A stretch of 64,000 bases of DNA, taken from a virus. The stretch lies in IMG/VR virus record IMGVR_UViG_3300028812_000003, positions 12,515 to 76,514 of that record; one strand, written 5' to 3'. A program made the translations under genes and the position numbers. The notes below the pieces were generated by a model. The model saw only the letters and a program-made list of their open reading frames with translations. It was not told the origin of the DNA and did no database searches. Position 1 is the stretch's first letter, and every line of letters starts with the position of its first letter. Shown here piece by piece: positions 26,326 to 36,565 of this stretch.

Positions 26326-27098
26326 GACAACCCCCTCCGCAGGATCGCGTCCACGTCCCCGATGCGCGCCCGGGAGCGCAGGCCCGACGGGTTCTCGGAG
26401 GCGAGGAACATGTCCACCAGGTACAGGCCGGTACGGCCGTCCTTGAGCAGTTGCCCGATGTCCGGGTACTGGATGGTGACGCCCTGGCGGACGAGCTGCG
26501 TCACGCCCGGCGGCAGACGGCAGTCCAGCCCGGACATGGCCTTGACGATCTCGCAGGCGAGTTCGCCCATGGCGAGACGCCCGGAGTCGGGCACCTCTTC
26601 ACCGACGACCGCCGTCACCGACCACGTGCCCGGCTCGTCGTCACCGGCGGAGAAGTCGTTGCAGCGCGGCCACGCGGCGCCGTCGACGCGGATCAGGTCC
26701 CGCCCGGCGAGCCGGTACGCCCCGGCCGCCAGCACCGCCCCGTCCACCCGCACCTCGTCCACCCGGCTCGTCAGCGCGGGCAGCCGGACGGTGGACAGGT
26801 CCGTGCAGGAGCAGCCGCGACGGCAGCCGCCCGAGCAGTACGGCAGCCGGTAGACGTCCCACGGCGTACGCGACACCAGCAGCGACGGGCCGTCCCACAG
26901 CGGGACCCCGGACCAGTCGCCGCAGTCGTCCGCACAGGGGCGCAGCGTCACCGCGCACTGCCCGAACCGGCGCCCGGACAGGGCCCACAGGATGCGCGAG
27001 GCCGCGCGCACCGCGTACCCCGTGGCCTCCGGGGACCGCGCGGACACGTCGCACGTCCAGTACACCGGCCAGTCCTCGCACAGCAGAGCGTCCGCCAC
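26322..27098 (-). CDS. Head-to-tail adaptor
   Basis: ILWALSGRRFG, ELACE, RQGV, TGLYLVD; GTG start at 27098 after GGAGG. Confidence 0.7.
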   Translation of the reverse strand: MADALLCEDWPVYWTCDVSARSPEATGYAVRAASRILWALSGRRFGQCAVTLRPCADDCGDWSGVPLWDGPSLLVSRTPWDVYRLPYCSGGCRRGCSCTDLSTVRLPALTSRVDEVRVDGAVLAAGAYRLAGRDLIRVDGAAWPRCNDFSAGDDEPGTWSVTAVVGEEVPDSGRLAMGELACEIVKAMSGLDCRLPPGVTQLVRQGVTIQYPDIGQLLKDGRTGLYLVDMFLASENPSGLRSRARIGDVDAILRRGLS

Positions 27099-27106
27099 TG
27101 CCCCTC

Positions 27107-27589
27107 CTACGCGGTGAAGGTGATCAGACCGGCGTCGTGCCAGACCACGGTGAAGGTCCCGGACACCACCGACTGCGCGCCGCCGAAGTACAGGTAGGCC
27201 ACACCCTGGTCGGCGACGGTTCCGGCGGTGATGGAGTCGTCGTAGACGAGGCAGCCGTACGCGTCGGTCAGGGTGAGGGAGCCGGCGCCGGCGAGGTCCG
27301 CCGCGTCGAACGTGACTGTCCCGGAGGACGGCGCGGTGAAAGTCTTGGACGCGAGGGGCCGCCCGCCGGCGGGCCAGTTGGTGCCGCCGCTGACCTCGCG
27401 CGCCGCCGTCCACGTGCCGGCGCCGTAGGCGGTGGAGCCGACGACCGCGTCCAGGTCCGGCGTCACCGTGTTGTCGAACAGCGCGGCCTTGACGATGTCG
27501 GAGTCCAGCCCGGTGTAGCCGGTCCCGGACGCCTGCATCATCGGGCCGCGCACCCACTCGCGGAAGACACGGCTTTCCGTCCACGCCAT
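27107..27589 (-). CDS. Virion structural protein
   Basis: MAWTESRVF..., KAAL, VTFDAAD, GTFTVVW pattern; lies in the structural operon. Confidence 0.65.
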   Translation of the reverse strand: MAWTESRVFREWVRGPMMQASGTGYTGLDSDIVKAALFDNTVTPDLDAVVGSTAYGAGTWTAAREVSGGTNWPAGGRPLASKTFTAPSSGTVTFDAADLAGAGSLTLTDAYGCLVYDDSITAGTVADQGVAYLYFGGAQSVVSGTFTVVWHDAGLITFTA

Positions 27590-27593
27590 CGGT

Positions 27594-27887
27594 TCAGCTC
27601 CTTCGCACGTGCGCGGCCGGGGCGTACACCACGCGGTCCTCACCGTCGTCCCTCGTCACCGTCACGGCCATGACCGGGCGGCCGTCGCCGTCACGGCGTA
27701 CGTCCTCGCCGCCCACGTAGTCCTCCCGGGCCACGGCCCGCACCGCGCACCGCACGCCGTCCAGCACCATCGGCGCGAGCAGCCCCGCGAGGCCGGGGCA
27801 CGCGTGGAAGCGGTCGCCCGGTCCACGCGTGACGGCGGTGGCCGTGCAGTTGGGGCACGACCACCGCCGCTCGGGGTCCAGGATCAT
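27594..27887 (-). CDS. Small Zn-binding hypothetical protein
   Basis: WSCPNC...HAC; overlaps the upstream stop. Confidence 0.6.
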   Translation of the reverse strand: MILDPERRWSCPNCTATAVTRGPGDRFHACPGLAGLLAPMVLDGVRCAVRAVAREDYVGGEDVRRDGDGRPVMAVTVTRDDGEDRVVYAPAAHVRRS

Positions 27888-28579
27888 GTGAGCTGGAGCG
27901 GGTTGACCTGCGGGGTGGGCGGGGCCGTGGTCGTCAGGTTCCACAGCCAGTGCTCACCGGCCTGCGCACTGTCCCCGGCGGGCAGCCACGAGGTGGACCC
28001 CGGGCCCCGGTTCCAGCCGACCACCGGTGTGACGGAGGCGGCCTGCGTCTCGGACTGCACCTGGAGTGTGGAGCGCCCGTTCTCCACGGTGTACGTGCCG
28101 ATGCGGCTGGCACCGACGTTGGGCCACGCGTTGTAGATGTAGCGCTGCGCCCCGGAAGGGTCGCACGCCCCGGAGCCGGCGACGCGCTGCCAGACCTCCA
28201 GCGAGTACCGGTTGGACGGGGTGCCCTCCGCGAAGGCGAAGCCGGTCCCGGTGACCCCGGCGCCGTTGACGGTCAGCTCACGCGCGCTCGCGAGGTACGC
28301 CACGCCGGTGGTGTTGATCTCGCAGAAGTCGATGGTGAGCTGCATTCGCTTCAGGACCGGGTCGTCCTTCTGGTTGACGCACGGCGAGCCGTCCGCAGTC
28401 CGCTCGAAGAACTCCTCGCCGTCCTCGTACTGCGGCTCCATCTGCACCTGAACGAAGCCCTTGGTCACGACGACCAGAGAGCCGGTGCCGGTGACCGGGT
28501 TGCCGCAGGCGTCCACGCGGACGATCCTCGCGTGCGTGCCCTTGATGGCGGTTGCCGCGCTGGCGACGGTTGATGGCAT
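27884..28579 (-). CDS. Major tail protein
   Basis: 231 aa; RVDACG, EEFFERTADG, SLEVW; position. Confidence 0.75.
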   Translation of the reverse strand: MPSTVASAATAIKGTHARIVRVDACGNPVTGTGSLVVVTKGFVQVQMEPQYEDGEEFFERTADGSPCVNQKDDPVLKRMQLTIDFCEINTTGVAYLASARELTVNGAGVTGTGFAFAEGTPSNRYSLEVWQRVAGSGACDPSGAQRYIYNAWPNVGASRIGTYTVENGRSTLQVQSETQAASVTPVVGWNRGPGSTSWLPAGDSAQAGEHWLWNLTTTAPPTPQVNPLQLT

Positions 28580-28592
28580 TGCTGTTCACCCC

Positions 28593-29486
28593 TTACGCGG
28601 GAACGCCGAGAGTCATGAGGGCGGCGAGGTGCGCGCACTCCCACCCGAACAGGTAGGTGCGCGAAGCCTGCTTGCGCACCGTGTTGGTCGCCCGGTCGAA
28701 CGTGCCGGGGAAGTCCCGCACCGCGACGTCGGAGCGGTAGCCGAACAGGGCGCCGGTGGCGTACAGCCACGCCGCCCCGGACGGAGCGGCGGCCCCGTCC
28801 GGCCCCGTCCCCGAGTAGCCTGCCGCCGCCACGATCAGGTGCCCGCCCGGCGTGCGCGGCAGGCCGTCCGCCTCGTCCTCGCACACCAGGCGGCGGGCCT
28901 TCAGCGTCGCCATCGCGGACACGGGCACGTGCACCACACCCGCGCCGCCGTACTGTTCGGCGAGCGCCTGGTCCAGCCGGCCGATGACGGTGGCCGCGTC
29001 GGCGGCCGTGGCCGAGACGGTGTCGGCCGCCGTCTGGAGGCGGATGCCCTGCGGGTCGTCCAGCGTGGCGGAGGCGGCGAGGTGCGGCCACACGGCCGCC
29101 TGTCCGCCGGCCCGCCCCGACCAGAACGCCCGGGAGACCTGGAACGCCTCGGAGCGCGCCAGCGCCTCGGCCGCCTGGTCCACGTCGGGCAGGCCGATGA
29201 GCGAGCAGTCGAACGCGGCGTACACCGTGAACGCCGTGGCCCCACGGTCCACACCGCCGTCGGCCGTGGGCTCCAGCGGCGCAGCGGCCGGGACCGCGCC
29301 GCCGGTGCCGGTGAGCGCGTCGCACTCGTCGGCGTACGTCGTGTCCGCCCCACCGCACCAGTCCGTCCAGGTCACGCCCTGCTGCCAGTGCGGCCCCGAC
29401 GGGCCCGGGTGCTGCGCCGCGTCCCACAGTGTGTTGGGGAGCGCGACGAAGCCGGGCCCGTCGACTATGCCCCGGATTCCTGCCAC
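28593..29486 (-). CDS. Head-associated structural protein
   Basis: 297 aa immediately after the major capsid gene. Confidence 0.65.
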   Translation of the reverse strand: MAGIRGIVDGPGFVALPNTLWDAAQHPGPSGPHWQQGVTWTDWCGGADTTYADECDALTGTGGAVPAAAPLEPTADGGVDRGATAFTVYAAFDCSLIGLPDVDQAAEALARSEAFQVSRAFWSGRAGGQAAVWPHLAASATLDDPQGIRLQTAADTVSATAADAATVIGRLDQALAEQYGGAGVVHVPVSAMATLKARRLVCEDEADGLPRTPGGHLIVAAAGYSGTGPDGAAAPSGAAWLYATGALFGYRSDVAVRDFPGTFDRATNTVRKQASRTYLFGWECAHLAALMTLGVPA

Positions 29487-29527
29487 GTCACGCCCCCTTC
29501 ACGTCCTGCTCGGTCACCGATGACGGA

Positions 29528-31312
29528 TCAGATCTGCGCCGCTGCGGTGAGCCCGGCGGTGCCGGCACCGTTGACCTGGAAGCTGGCGCGGTACAGCCGC
29601 GACTCGTGACCGACCTTGGCGACCAGGTGCGCCTCTTCGGCCCACAGGGCCGTGTGGTCGTTCTCGGCGTTCAGCGCGCTGTCGCGCACCACGCCGAGGT
29701 CGAGCTGGAGGCCGTTGCCGTGCAGGAACGTGCCGGCCGCGTACAGCATGAAGTCCACCGACGTGGGCCAGGCCGTCATGTTGGCGGAGGTCCGGCCGAA
29801 CTGCCCGGTGCCGCGCACCTGCCAGTCGCTCACGAACTGCGGGCGCACGTTGCGGTCGGTGAACCACGCGGTGATCTGCGCGTCGCTGACCGACTCGCGT
29901 TCGACCGAGGTCCTCCAGGCGAGGTCGGCCCGGATGACGGCGAGCGCCCAGCGCGGCAGGACGATCTCCAGCACCGCGTCCTCACGCATGGCGAACTTCG
30001 CGCGGTAGTCGATGGCCGCCAGCTCCACCGAGTTGAGCAGCGTCTGCGTCGCCGGGACGTTGCCGCCGAGGGTGATGGCGGCCGTGGACCGGGCGACCAT
30101 GAGGGAGATCAGCCGCGCGTTGATGACGTGCGCGTACGCGGCGCGCAGCAGGCGGATGAAATTTTGCGTCGCCTCCGGGTACGCGTCGTCGGTGAGGTTA
30201 CCGGCGGTCAGGCTGATGCCGTACGCCTCCAGCCGCGCCTCGTCGAACGTCGGGCACGGCACGCGCAGGGTGGGCTTGTTGACGGAGCCGGTGACGGTGG
30301 CGATGTCGTCCGCCTCGGTCCACAGCCACGGGTCGGACGCGTTGGAGAACGTGACGCCGAAGCCGCCGAAGCCACTCGCCGGGTTGGAGCCCGCGTTCTG
30401 GAAGAACACGTCACCGATGCTGGGGCTGACCGGGAAGCGGATGCCGCCCCGGGAGACACCGACGGTCGGCAGGTCGACGAGGCCCACCGGCGTGTCGGCG
30501 ATGTTGAAGAAGTCGTACGTGACCTCGGACGGCGCGCACCAGCCGCCGCCCGCGAGCAGGGCGTCCGCCTGCCCGCGCTGCTGCGTCATCGAGTGCCACA
30601 GCTCCTCGATGGTGCTCGCGCTGGTCCGGTCGTCCACCGTGTGGTCGAACTGGTTGCGCACCGACGCGACGAGGTGACGCGGGGCGCCCTGGTCGCCGTA
30701 CTGCGTCGTCGGGACCGCCTTCGCCTTGGCACGGAAGGCTTCGCCCAGGGCCTCCAGCGTCGGCATGGACTGTCCCGCCGCGACGCCCGGGATGTCCACG
30801 GAGGCCGTCACGGCCATGGTCTGCGTGCCGGGTGCCTTGGGCTGCGGGGCCCGCTCGCGCACCTGGGAGAGGGAGGCGACCCGGCGCGTCGCCAGGTCCG
30901 GGTTTCCGTCGTAGAGGACCGAGGTCACGCCCTTGGCCACGGCCTCCGCCACGGCGTCCAGGTTGAACCGGCCGCCGGCGGTGACGGGTGCGGCGCCCTC
31001 GCCCCCGTCACCGCCCTCGCCGCCCTCGCCACCGTGGACGGACTGACGCAGGAGCGCCATCTGGCGGGTCCGCTCCTGCTGAGCTGAGGCCGCTTCCTCT
31101 TCCGCGCGGACCGCGCGCACGCGCAGCTCGGCGCGGAGGCGGTCCAGGTCGCGGGTGAGGCGCTGGCTGTAGCTGATGTGCTCGGGGGTGAGACTGGCGA
31201 GTCCGGCAACGCGGTCGAACTCCGCGACCGCCGTGGACTCCAGCTCACGCAGCTCCGACTCCCCCACCAGCGAGAGGTCGTCGGGTGCGCTGAACAGCTC
31301 GGGCTCCGACAC
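29528..31312 (-). CDS. Major capsid protein with N-terminal scaffold-like region
   Basis: AGGGWCAPSEVTYD, DLPTV..SRGGI, GVVRDSALNAEND; GTG start after GGGAGG. Confidence 0.88.
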   Translation of the reverse strand: MSEPELFSAPDDLSLVGESELRELESTAVAEFDRVAGLASLTPEHISYSQRLTRDLDRLRAELRVRAVRAEEEAASAQQERTRQMALLRQSVHGGEGGEGGDGGEGAAPVTAGGRFNLDAVAEAVAKGVTSVLYDGNPDLATRRVASLSQVRERAPQPKAPGTQTMAVTASVDIPGVAAGQSMPTLEALGEAFRAKAKAVPTTQYGDQGAPRHLVASVRNQFDHTVDDRTSASTIEELWHSMTQQRGQADALLAGGGWCAPSEVTYDFFNIADTPVGLVDLPTVGVSRGGIRFPVSPSIGDVFFQNAGSNPASGFGGFGVTFSNASDPWLWTEADDIATVTGSVNKPTLRVPCPTFDEARLEAYGISLTAGNLTDDAYPEATQNFIRLLRAAYAHVINARLISLMVARSTAAITLGGNVPATQTLLNSVELAAIDYRAKFAMREDAVLEIVLPRWALAVIRADLAWRTSVERESVSDAQITAWFTDRNVRPQFVSDWQVRGTGQFGRTSANMTAWPTSVDFMLYAAGTFLHGNGLQLDLGVVRDSALNAENDHTALWAEEAHLVAKVGHESRLYRASFQVNGAGTAGLTAAAQI

Positions 31313-31353
31313 TGCGGACCTCCCGGGAAAGTGGTCTGATCGAATCGGCGCGC

Positions 31354-31380
31354 ACGGTACATACAAACGGCCGAATCGCC
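31354..31380 (-). promoter_or_regulatory. Putative late promoter (GGCGATTCGG-N11-TACCGT)
   Basis: Same architecture at 36539-36565, 45744-45770, 49342-49368 and 51462-51488. Confidence 0.6.
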
Positions 31381-31421
31381 AAAAGCCACACAGGCTCAGA
31401 CGATCCGGCCGTCGCTGCTGG

Positions 31422-31484
31422 TCAGCCGCCGATGGGTTCCGGCTCGGGCGGCGGGGGCGGTGCGGGACGGTTGCAGCCACACAT
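31422..31484 (-). CDS. 20-aa peptide MCGCNRPAPPPPPEPEPIGG
   Basis: Strong GGAGGTGA SD directly upstream of ATG; fills the gap between protease and capsid genes. Confidence 0.55.
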   Translation of the reverse strand: MCGCNRPAPPPPPEPEPIGG

Positions 31485-31489
31485 AACGA

Positions 31490-34400
31490 TCACCTCCCCT
31501 CGGTGGTGTGGACCCGGCGGGACAGCGCGGTCAGGACGCGCCGGTAGGCCCACTGGTCCAACTCGTCCTCGGTCAGTCCCTCGCTGAGCTGCGGGATACC
31601 CGCCGCGACGAGGGCGAGCTGCTGTCCGGCGGCCAGGGCCGTCTTCAGCTTGGGCACCGGGAAGCCGGGGACGTTCACGGCGAGCAGGCCGACGAGGCGC
31701 AGGTGACCGCCGATGCGACGCCAGTCGCCCGACACCTGCCCGGCCGCGCGCAGCTCGTGGATGCGCGACTCCGGGGTGCCGGGCCGCACGGACCCGGCGA
31801 CCCAGATGCCGTGCGCGTCGTTGCCCACCGCGACGTCCGCCACGGCGGCCCCGGTGTTGTCGTAGTGGTCAGCGGCGGCCCGGTGGCCGTACGACAGCGG
31901 CGCGTGCCCGGTGCCGACGGTGATCTGTCCGACGGAGGTGGTCCCGCCGTCGTCGCACCACACGTTGCCGGTCATGAAGTACGGGTGCGACTCCTCGTGC
32001 GGAGGCGTCACGCACACACCCTCCTGCCCGATGTGACAGGTGCCCCACAGGGCTGCGTGTCCGTAGACGCGGCCCTCCGGGGTGACGGTGATCCCGGTCG
32101 GGACGGACAGGGCCGGGCTGGCGAACCACGCGGCCGGCGGGCGCTGCGGCGCCTGCACCGTCAGGGACCGGAAGCGGGCCACCCGCGTCTCGCGCACCGC
32201 GCCGATGGGCTCGCCGCCGGCGACGACCGCGCCGTCCTCACCCAGCAGCGCGATGTACGCCTCCGCGAACGCCGGGATGTCCACGAGGGTCGCCGCGCGG
32301 ATGCGGCCCCGGTTGAACACGACCTTCTCCGGGGACGCGAACAGCATGTCGAACGGGTCGGGGCCCTCGCCGTCGGCGTCCGGGTCTGCGGGCCACACCA
32401 GTTCCATGTCGGCGTCCTTGATGGAGTCGACATCCACGCTCACACCGCGCAGGAACTGGCCCTTGATTTTCCCGTGGACGGTGCGGCCGTCGTCGGTGGA
32501 CAGGTCCAGCACGCCTTCGCCCATGATCAGGCCGCCGTCCTCGCGCCAGATGCGGTCGATCCGGCCCACGTTGACGGCGATGGTGCGGGGCTCCCCGCCG
32601 TGGGAGTCCTCCTTGTTCCAGCGCAGCGGCAGCGGCAGGTCAGCCCACGTGAGGGCGTCCGCCTTGAACTCCCGGCCGTCGCCGGTCTCGATACCCTCCA
32701 CCGTCAGCGGGCCACGCCACGGCGCCGTCTCGCCGTCGGCGCCTATCTCCGCAGCCGGCTTGCCCGCCACCCGGTCGGCGTCGGCAGCCGCGCCGTGCGC
32801 CAGCGCCTCGGCCTGCCCGGCTGCCTTCTGCTCGCCGACCGGGACGCACTCGCCGCTCTCCTCGTCCGGCTCCATGCCGGGCGGGCACTGCGCCTCCTCG
32901 CCGGCTGCCGACTGGTTCTCCTTCAGCCGCTTGTCCTTCTTCGTGCCGGGGTTCGGCTCGCCCTTGCCCAGGGCCTCGGCCGTCTCGGTCGCGCTCGTCA
33001 CGGTGCTGTCTCCCTCCGCCGCGTACAGCGCGGCCAGTTGATCATCGGCGTCGTCTTCGGTTGCGTGGCAGCCGGACACCGATCCGTCGGCGTCCTTGAC
33101 CACGGCCCACGGCTTGCCGTCCGGACACCCAGAATGGCCCTCCACTTTGTGCCAGGGCATGCCGGTCTCCTCTCCGCTCGCCGTGGTCGCCGTACGTACC
33201 TCCTGCCAGACGGCGACGATGAAGCCACGGCAGGCGTTGCCGTAGCGGGCGCCGGTGCAGTCCCGGTAACCCATGACCGGGTACTCCGCGACGGCGGCGT
33301 CCAAGGTGGTGAAGGTGCGGCCGTCGATGACCTTGCACGGGCCGCACGTCCGGCTGTCCAGGATCTCGCTCGCCACGTAGGTGGAGGCGGGCGGCGCGGC
33401 CTCCATCACCGCGTGCCGCCCGGCGTTCTGCGCGGCCGTCATGGCCGAGCCGACCGAGGCGCGCACCCCGGCGTCGTCCATCGTGGCCAGCTCCCGGTCC
33501 ACCTCCGCCGCCACCGTTTCTGCCGGGGCCGAGGACCGCAGCAGCCCGGACAGTTTCCGCTTGGCCGCCTGCACGAGGGCGGAGGCTGCGAGGTCGGAGG
33601 TGAGCCGGGCGACGGAGGTGAGCAGTCGCCGTCCGCCGACCCCTGCGGTGAGTACGTCGGGGCCGTCGCCGTCCTCGGGCAGCGACCAGTCCGGCACGGT
33701 CACGCCCTGCGCCTCGGCCTCCCGTTGGCAGGCCCTGCCGGCCTTGACCGCGTACTCCTCCATGAGGCCGGTCAGGGTGGCGGTGGCGTCCAGGGTGGAT
33801 AGCGTCAGGTCCGGCAGCAGTTCAGGGTCGTCGGCGGCGAGGTGCTTGACGATCTGCTCGCGCAGATCCAGGCGCCACGCGGCCGTCGTGGACTTCAGCG
33901 CTTGGACCGCCCCGGCTGTCGCGGCCTCCCACTCGGCGTGTACCGACGCGAAGTCGGCGCGGCTGGACAGCTCCAGGTCGGTCGGCTCCCGGCGCAGCGG
34001 CCCGCCAGCGGCCGTCACCGCGTCGCCGGACAGCGGGATGTCCCGGTCGTCATCGCCGAAGCTGAGCCGGATGCGGTCGAACGTCACCGGGCCCAGCCGC
34101 TGCTCCAGTTCAGGCAGGAGCGCCGGGTCGTCGCTGTAGGCAGCGCAGACGTGCGCGGCCCACGGGCTGTGCTGCTCGGGGATTTCCGGGAGGTCCATCG
34201 TCATGGTGAGTGCGGTCCCAGCCAGAACCCGGGCTTCCACGAGGGAGCCGCCCGCAGGCTCTGCATCCCGATCGTCGCCGACGGACCACACCCAGCACGG
34301 GTAGTCCCCGCCGCCGTTCCAGTGAGCGGCGCCGAACGCCCTCGCTTGTACGGTCGGCAGCCCCGCGACGAGATTCCTTACTCGGCTCTCCAGCGTGTCG

Positions 34401-34684
34401 CGCTGGTCCTCGGTCCAGGTGGCGCCATCGTCTCCGAGGAAGAACAGCGTCAGGTGCAGTTCGTCAGCCGGCTCGCCGCCGGGCACCGCGAGGCGTTCGG
34501 CGTCCTCGGCCGTCGGCATGAGGGCGATCATGCAACCCTGCGTGTGCGAGCCGTCGGCAGCGGCCGTCAGGACTGGTGGGTGCGGGTGAGACTGCCGACG
34601 GACCACGGCCACGGCGTCCGGCGGAAGTTGCCCGCGCAGCAGGTCCCCACCCTCGTTGACTTCCACCTCAGCGTGCTGCTCCAT
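31490..34684 (-). CDS. Multidomain head protein: 2H-phosphoesterase-like + MuF-like + capsid maturation protease
   Basis: ELHLTLFFLG and AAHVCAAY; DSRTCGPC...NACRG; EGIETGDGR, GVSVD, ATLVDIPAF, SGDWR. Confidence 0.75.
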   Translation of the reverse strand: MEQHAEVEVNEGGDLLRGQLPPDAVAVVRRQSHPHPPVLTAAADGSHTQGCMIALMPTAEDAERLAVPGGEPADELHLTLFFLGDDGATWTEDQRDTLESRVRNLVAGLPTVQARAFGAAHWNGGGDYPCWVWSVGDDRDAEPAGGSLVEARVLAGTALTMTMDLPEIPEQHSPWAAHVCAAYSDDPALLPELEQRLGPVTFDRIRLSFGDDDRDIPLSGDAVTAAGGPLRREPTDLELSSRADFASVHAEWEAATAGAVQALKSTTAAWRLDLREQIVKHLAADDPELLPDLTLSTLDATATLTGLMEEYAVKAGRACQREAEAQGVTVPDWSLPEDGDGPDVLTAGVGGRRLLTSVARLTSDLAASALVQAAKRKLSGLLRSSAPAETVAAEVDRELATMDDAGVRASVGSAMTAAQNAGRHAVMEAAPPASTYVASEILDSRTCGPCKVIDGRTFTTLDAAVAEYPVMGYRDCTGARYGNACRGFIVAVWQEVRTATTASGEETGMPWHKVEGHSGCPDGKPWAVVKDADGSVSGCHATEDDADDQLAALYAAEGDSTVTSATETAEALGKGEPNPGTKKDKRLKENQSAAGEEAQCPPGMEPDEESGECVPVGEQKAAGQAEALAHGAAADADRVAGKPAAEIGADGETAPWRGPLTVEGIETGDGREFKADALTWADLPLPLRWNKEDSHGGEPRTIAVNVGRIDRIWREDGGLIMGEGVLDLSTDDGRTVHGKIKGQFLRGVSVDVDSIKDADMELVWPADPDADGEGPDPFDMLFASPEKVVFNRGRIRAATLVDIPAFAEAYIALLGEDGAVVAGGEPIGAVRETRVARFRSLTVQAPQRPPAAWFASPALSVPTGITVTPEGRVYGHAALWGTCHIGQEGVCVTPPHEESHPYFMTGNVWCDDGGTTSVGQITVGTGHAPLSYGHRAAADHYDNTGAAVADVAVGNDAHGIWVAGSVRPGTPESRIHELRAAGQVSGDWRRIGGHLRLVGLLAVNVPGFPVPKLKTALAAGQQLALVAAGIPQLSEGLTEDELDQWAYRRVLTALSRRVHTTEGR

Positions 34685-36509
34685 GACCGCTCACCGCCCT
34701 CGGCCGCAGGGACGTAGAGATCATCGCCGTGGTGTCCGCGTAGGGGCTGCGGCCGTCCAGCACCAGGCGGCCGAAGGCGTCCAGGTGGCACAGGTAGGTC
34801 CCGCTGCTCCCGGGCCGTGCCGACGGGGCCGCCGTGGCGACCGCGTGCGTGAACGGACAGGAGTACTCGTGCTCGCCGCACAGCGCGGGGTGCAGCAGTT
34901 CCCACCGGCCGGCCGCGCCGACCCGGAGCATGTGCTGTGTGCGCGCCTGCTGGACGAGGAGCCGCGCCCGCTCCGCTGCCGCCGCCTGCGACGGGGGCCC
35001 GGTCTCGTCCTGCGTCGGCGGCGGCTGGTCGCCCTGCGGGGCCGGGCGGTCGGCAGGGCTCCCGGACGTCTGCTCGCCCGCAGGCGGCGGGGTGTTGCCC
35101 TCCTGCACTGCCTCGGCCGTGCCGGGGTCCTGCGGGGAGACGGGGACGATCTGCGGGACGTCCTCGCCAAGCAGTTGCGCGAGGGCGGACGCGGCGCCGG
35201 ACGGCAGCGTGCGGATGATGGTCTTCAAGGCCAGGTTGCGCAGCTCGTCGCCTTCCGGCTTGTCGGACTCGCCGAAACCAAGTTCCCGGCGGTACGCCTC
35301 GGGCGACAGCTCCATGCGGTCGTATGCCAGCGTCGCGTTGCCGCTGCGGTCCGGGCGCATGGCCAGCTCGCTCATGTCGTACCAGACGACCCACGCGGCA
35401 GGGTCCTCGCCGGACGCCTCCAGCCGGGGCTGGAGGTAGCCGCGCGTGAGGGCGTCGCAGATCAGTTCCGCCACCGGGGCGATGTGCGTCTTCAGCGCGC
35501 CCTCTTCGAGCTGCCAGGCGCCCCAGTGGTTGACGTCACCCATGCCCAGCAGGATCTCGGCGGGCATGTCCAGCTTGGTGGCCAGACGCTTGATCGCGCT
35601 GTCCCGCTTCTCGATGATCTTTTCGTCGATCTTCAGGGTGAAGTCGATGTGCTTCACCTTGTCGATGGCGTCCGCCGGACCGACCAGCGGGATGGGGACG
35701 ACGGCGGAGGCGGTGCCAGGGTTCTGGATCGCGGTGGCGCTGATCTCGATCCACTCCGCCATGAGCGGGTTGGGCTCGTCGGCGAACTCCTCGCGTACCG
35801 GGAAGGTCAGTTCGTCCGGCAGCAGGACGAGGCCGGCCGACGCCAGGCGGGACAGGTACTCAGACGTGATCTTCCGGTTGACCAGCTCCAGCTCGCGCAT
35901 GATGTCCCGCGCGCTGCGGGCCGGGGAGTCGGCGAGGTGGAAGTACCTGTCGTGCGGACGCCAGACGCGGACGACGTGGTGGTCCGGCGCGAGGTCCCGC
36001 CAGTCCTGGCCGGTGGTCGCCGACTCCTCGTCCATCACCTGGTACTTGCCGGACTGGACGCGGATCTCGTCCACGGACCGGACCTGCCAGCGCTCCACCT
36101 TGCCGTCCTGCTCGCCGACCAGGTAGCCCTCACCGGGGAGGGAGAGCTGCACCGTCAGGCGGCGCATGAGCTGGGCCTGCCCGGCGACCCCTCCGCCGAG
36201 GCGCATCATCAGGTCAGCGGCCGTACCACCGGTGACGATCTCCGGTTCGTCGCTGTCCGGCTGGAGCCTGGCGGCGCGCAGGCGTACCCGGGACAGCATG
36301 TTGCTGAGCCACCAGACGCCGTAGTTGAACTCCCCCAGGCTCTCGTGGAACTGCCAGACCTCTTCCTGCCAGCGGTCCGTGCGGCGCAGGAACTTGGTCT
36401 CCGGGCCGGGTGGCTCTGCTGCGGCGGCCGTCAGCGCCTCGGGCTGCGGCGCGGGCAGCGGGGAGGGGTGGGTGACACCTCGTCCCCGGAATACGTCGTA
36501 CCACGGCAT
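34668..36509 (-). CDS. Portal protein
   Basis: 613 aa, first gene of the head operon; RVWRPH, ADSPAR, DMPAEILLG..NHW. Confidence 0.85.
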   Translation of the reverse strand: MPWYDVFRGRGVTHPSPLPAPQPEALTAAAAEPPGPETKFLRRTDRWQEEVWQFHESLGEFNYGVWWLSNMLSRVRLRAARLQPDSDEPEIVTGGTAADLMMRLGGGVAGQAQLMRRLTVQLSLPGEGYLVGEQDGKVERWQVRSVDEIRVQSGKYQVMDEESATTGQDWRDLAPDHHVVRVWRPHDRYFHLADSPARSARDIMRELELVNRKITSEYLSRLASAGLVLLPDELTFPVREEFADEPNPLMAEWIEISATAIQNPGTASAVVPIPLVGPADAIDKVKHIDFTLKIDEKIIEKRDSAIKRLATKLDMPAEILLGMGDVNHWGAWQLEEGALKTHIAPVAELICDALTRGYLQPRLEASGEDPAAWVVWYDMSELAMRPDRSGNATLAYDRMELSPEAYRRELGFGESDKPEGDELRNLALKTIIRTLPSGAASALAQLLGEDVPQIVPVSPQDPGTAEAVQEGNTPPPAGEQTSGSPADRPAPQGDQPPPTQDETGPPSQAAAAERARLLVQQARTQHMLRVGAAGRWELLHPALCGEHEYSCPFTHAVATAAPSARPGSSGTYLCHLDAFGRLVLDGRSPYADTTAMISTSLRPRAVSGHGAAR

Positions 36510-36538
36510 GCGGACCTCCCCGGCTCGGATCGTGGGGC

Positions 36539-36565
36539 ATGGTAGCCGCGATCATCCGAATAGCC
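36539..36565 (-). promoter_or_regulatory. Putative late promoter (GGCTATTCGG-N11-TACCAT)
   Basis: Matches the element upstream of the capsid gene. Confidence 0.6.

Noticed and set aside
7182-34717. Many long antisense or alternate-frame ORFs (e.g. 7363-9279, 10221-11861, 19640-21664, 31508-33802)
   Set aside because: Expected shadow ORFs in high-GC DNA. They are R/G/P/A-rich or antisense to well-supported genes and show no motifs.
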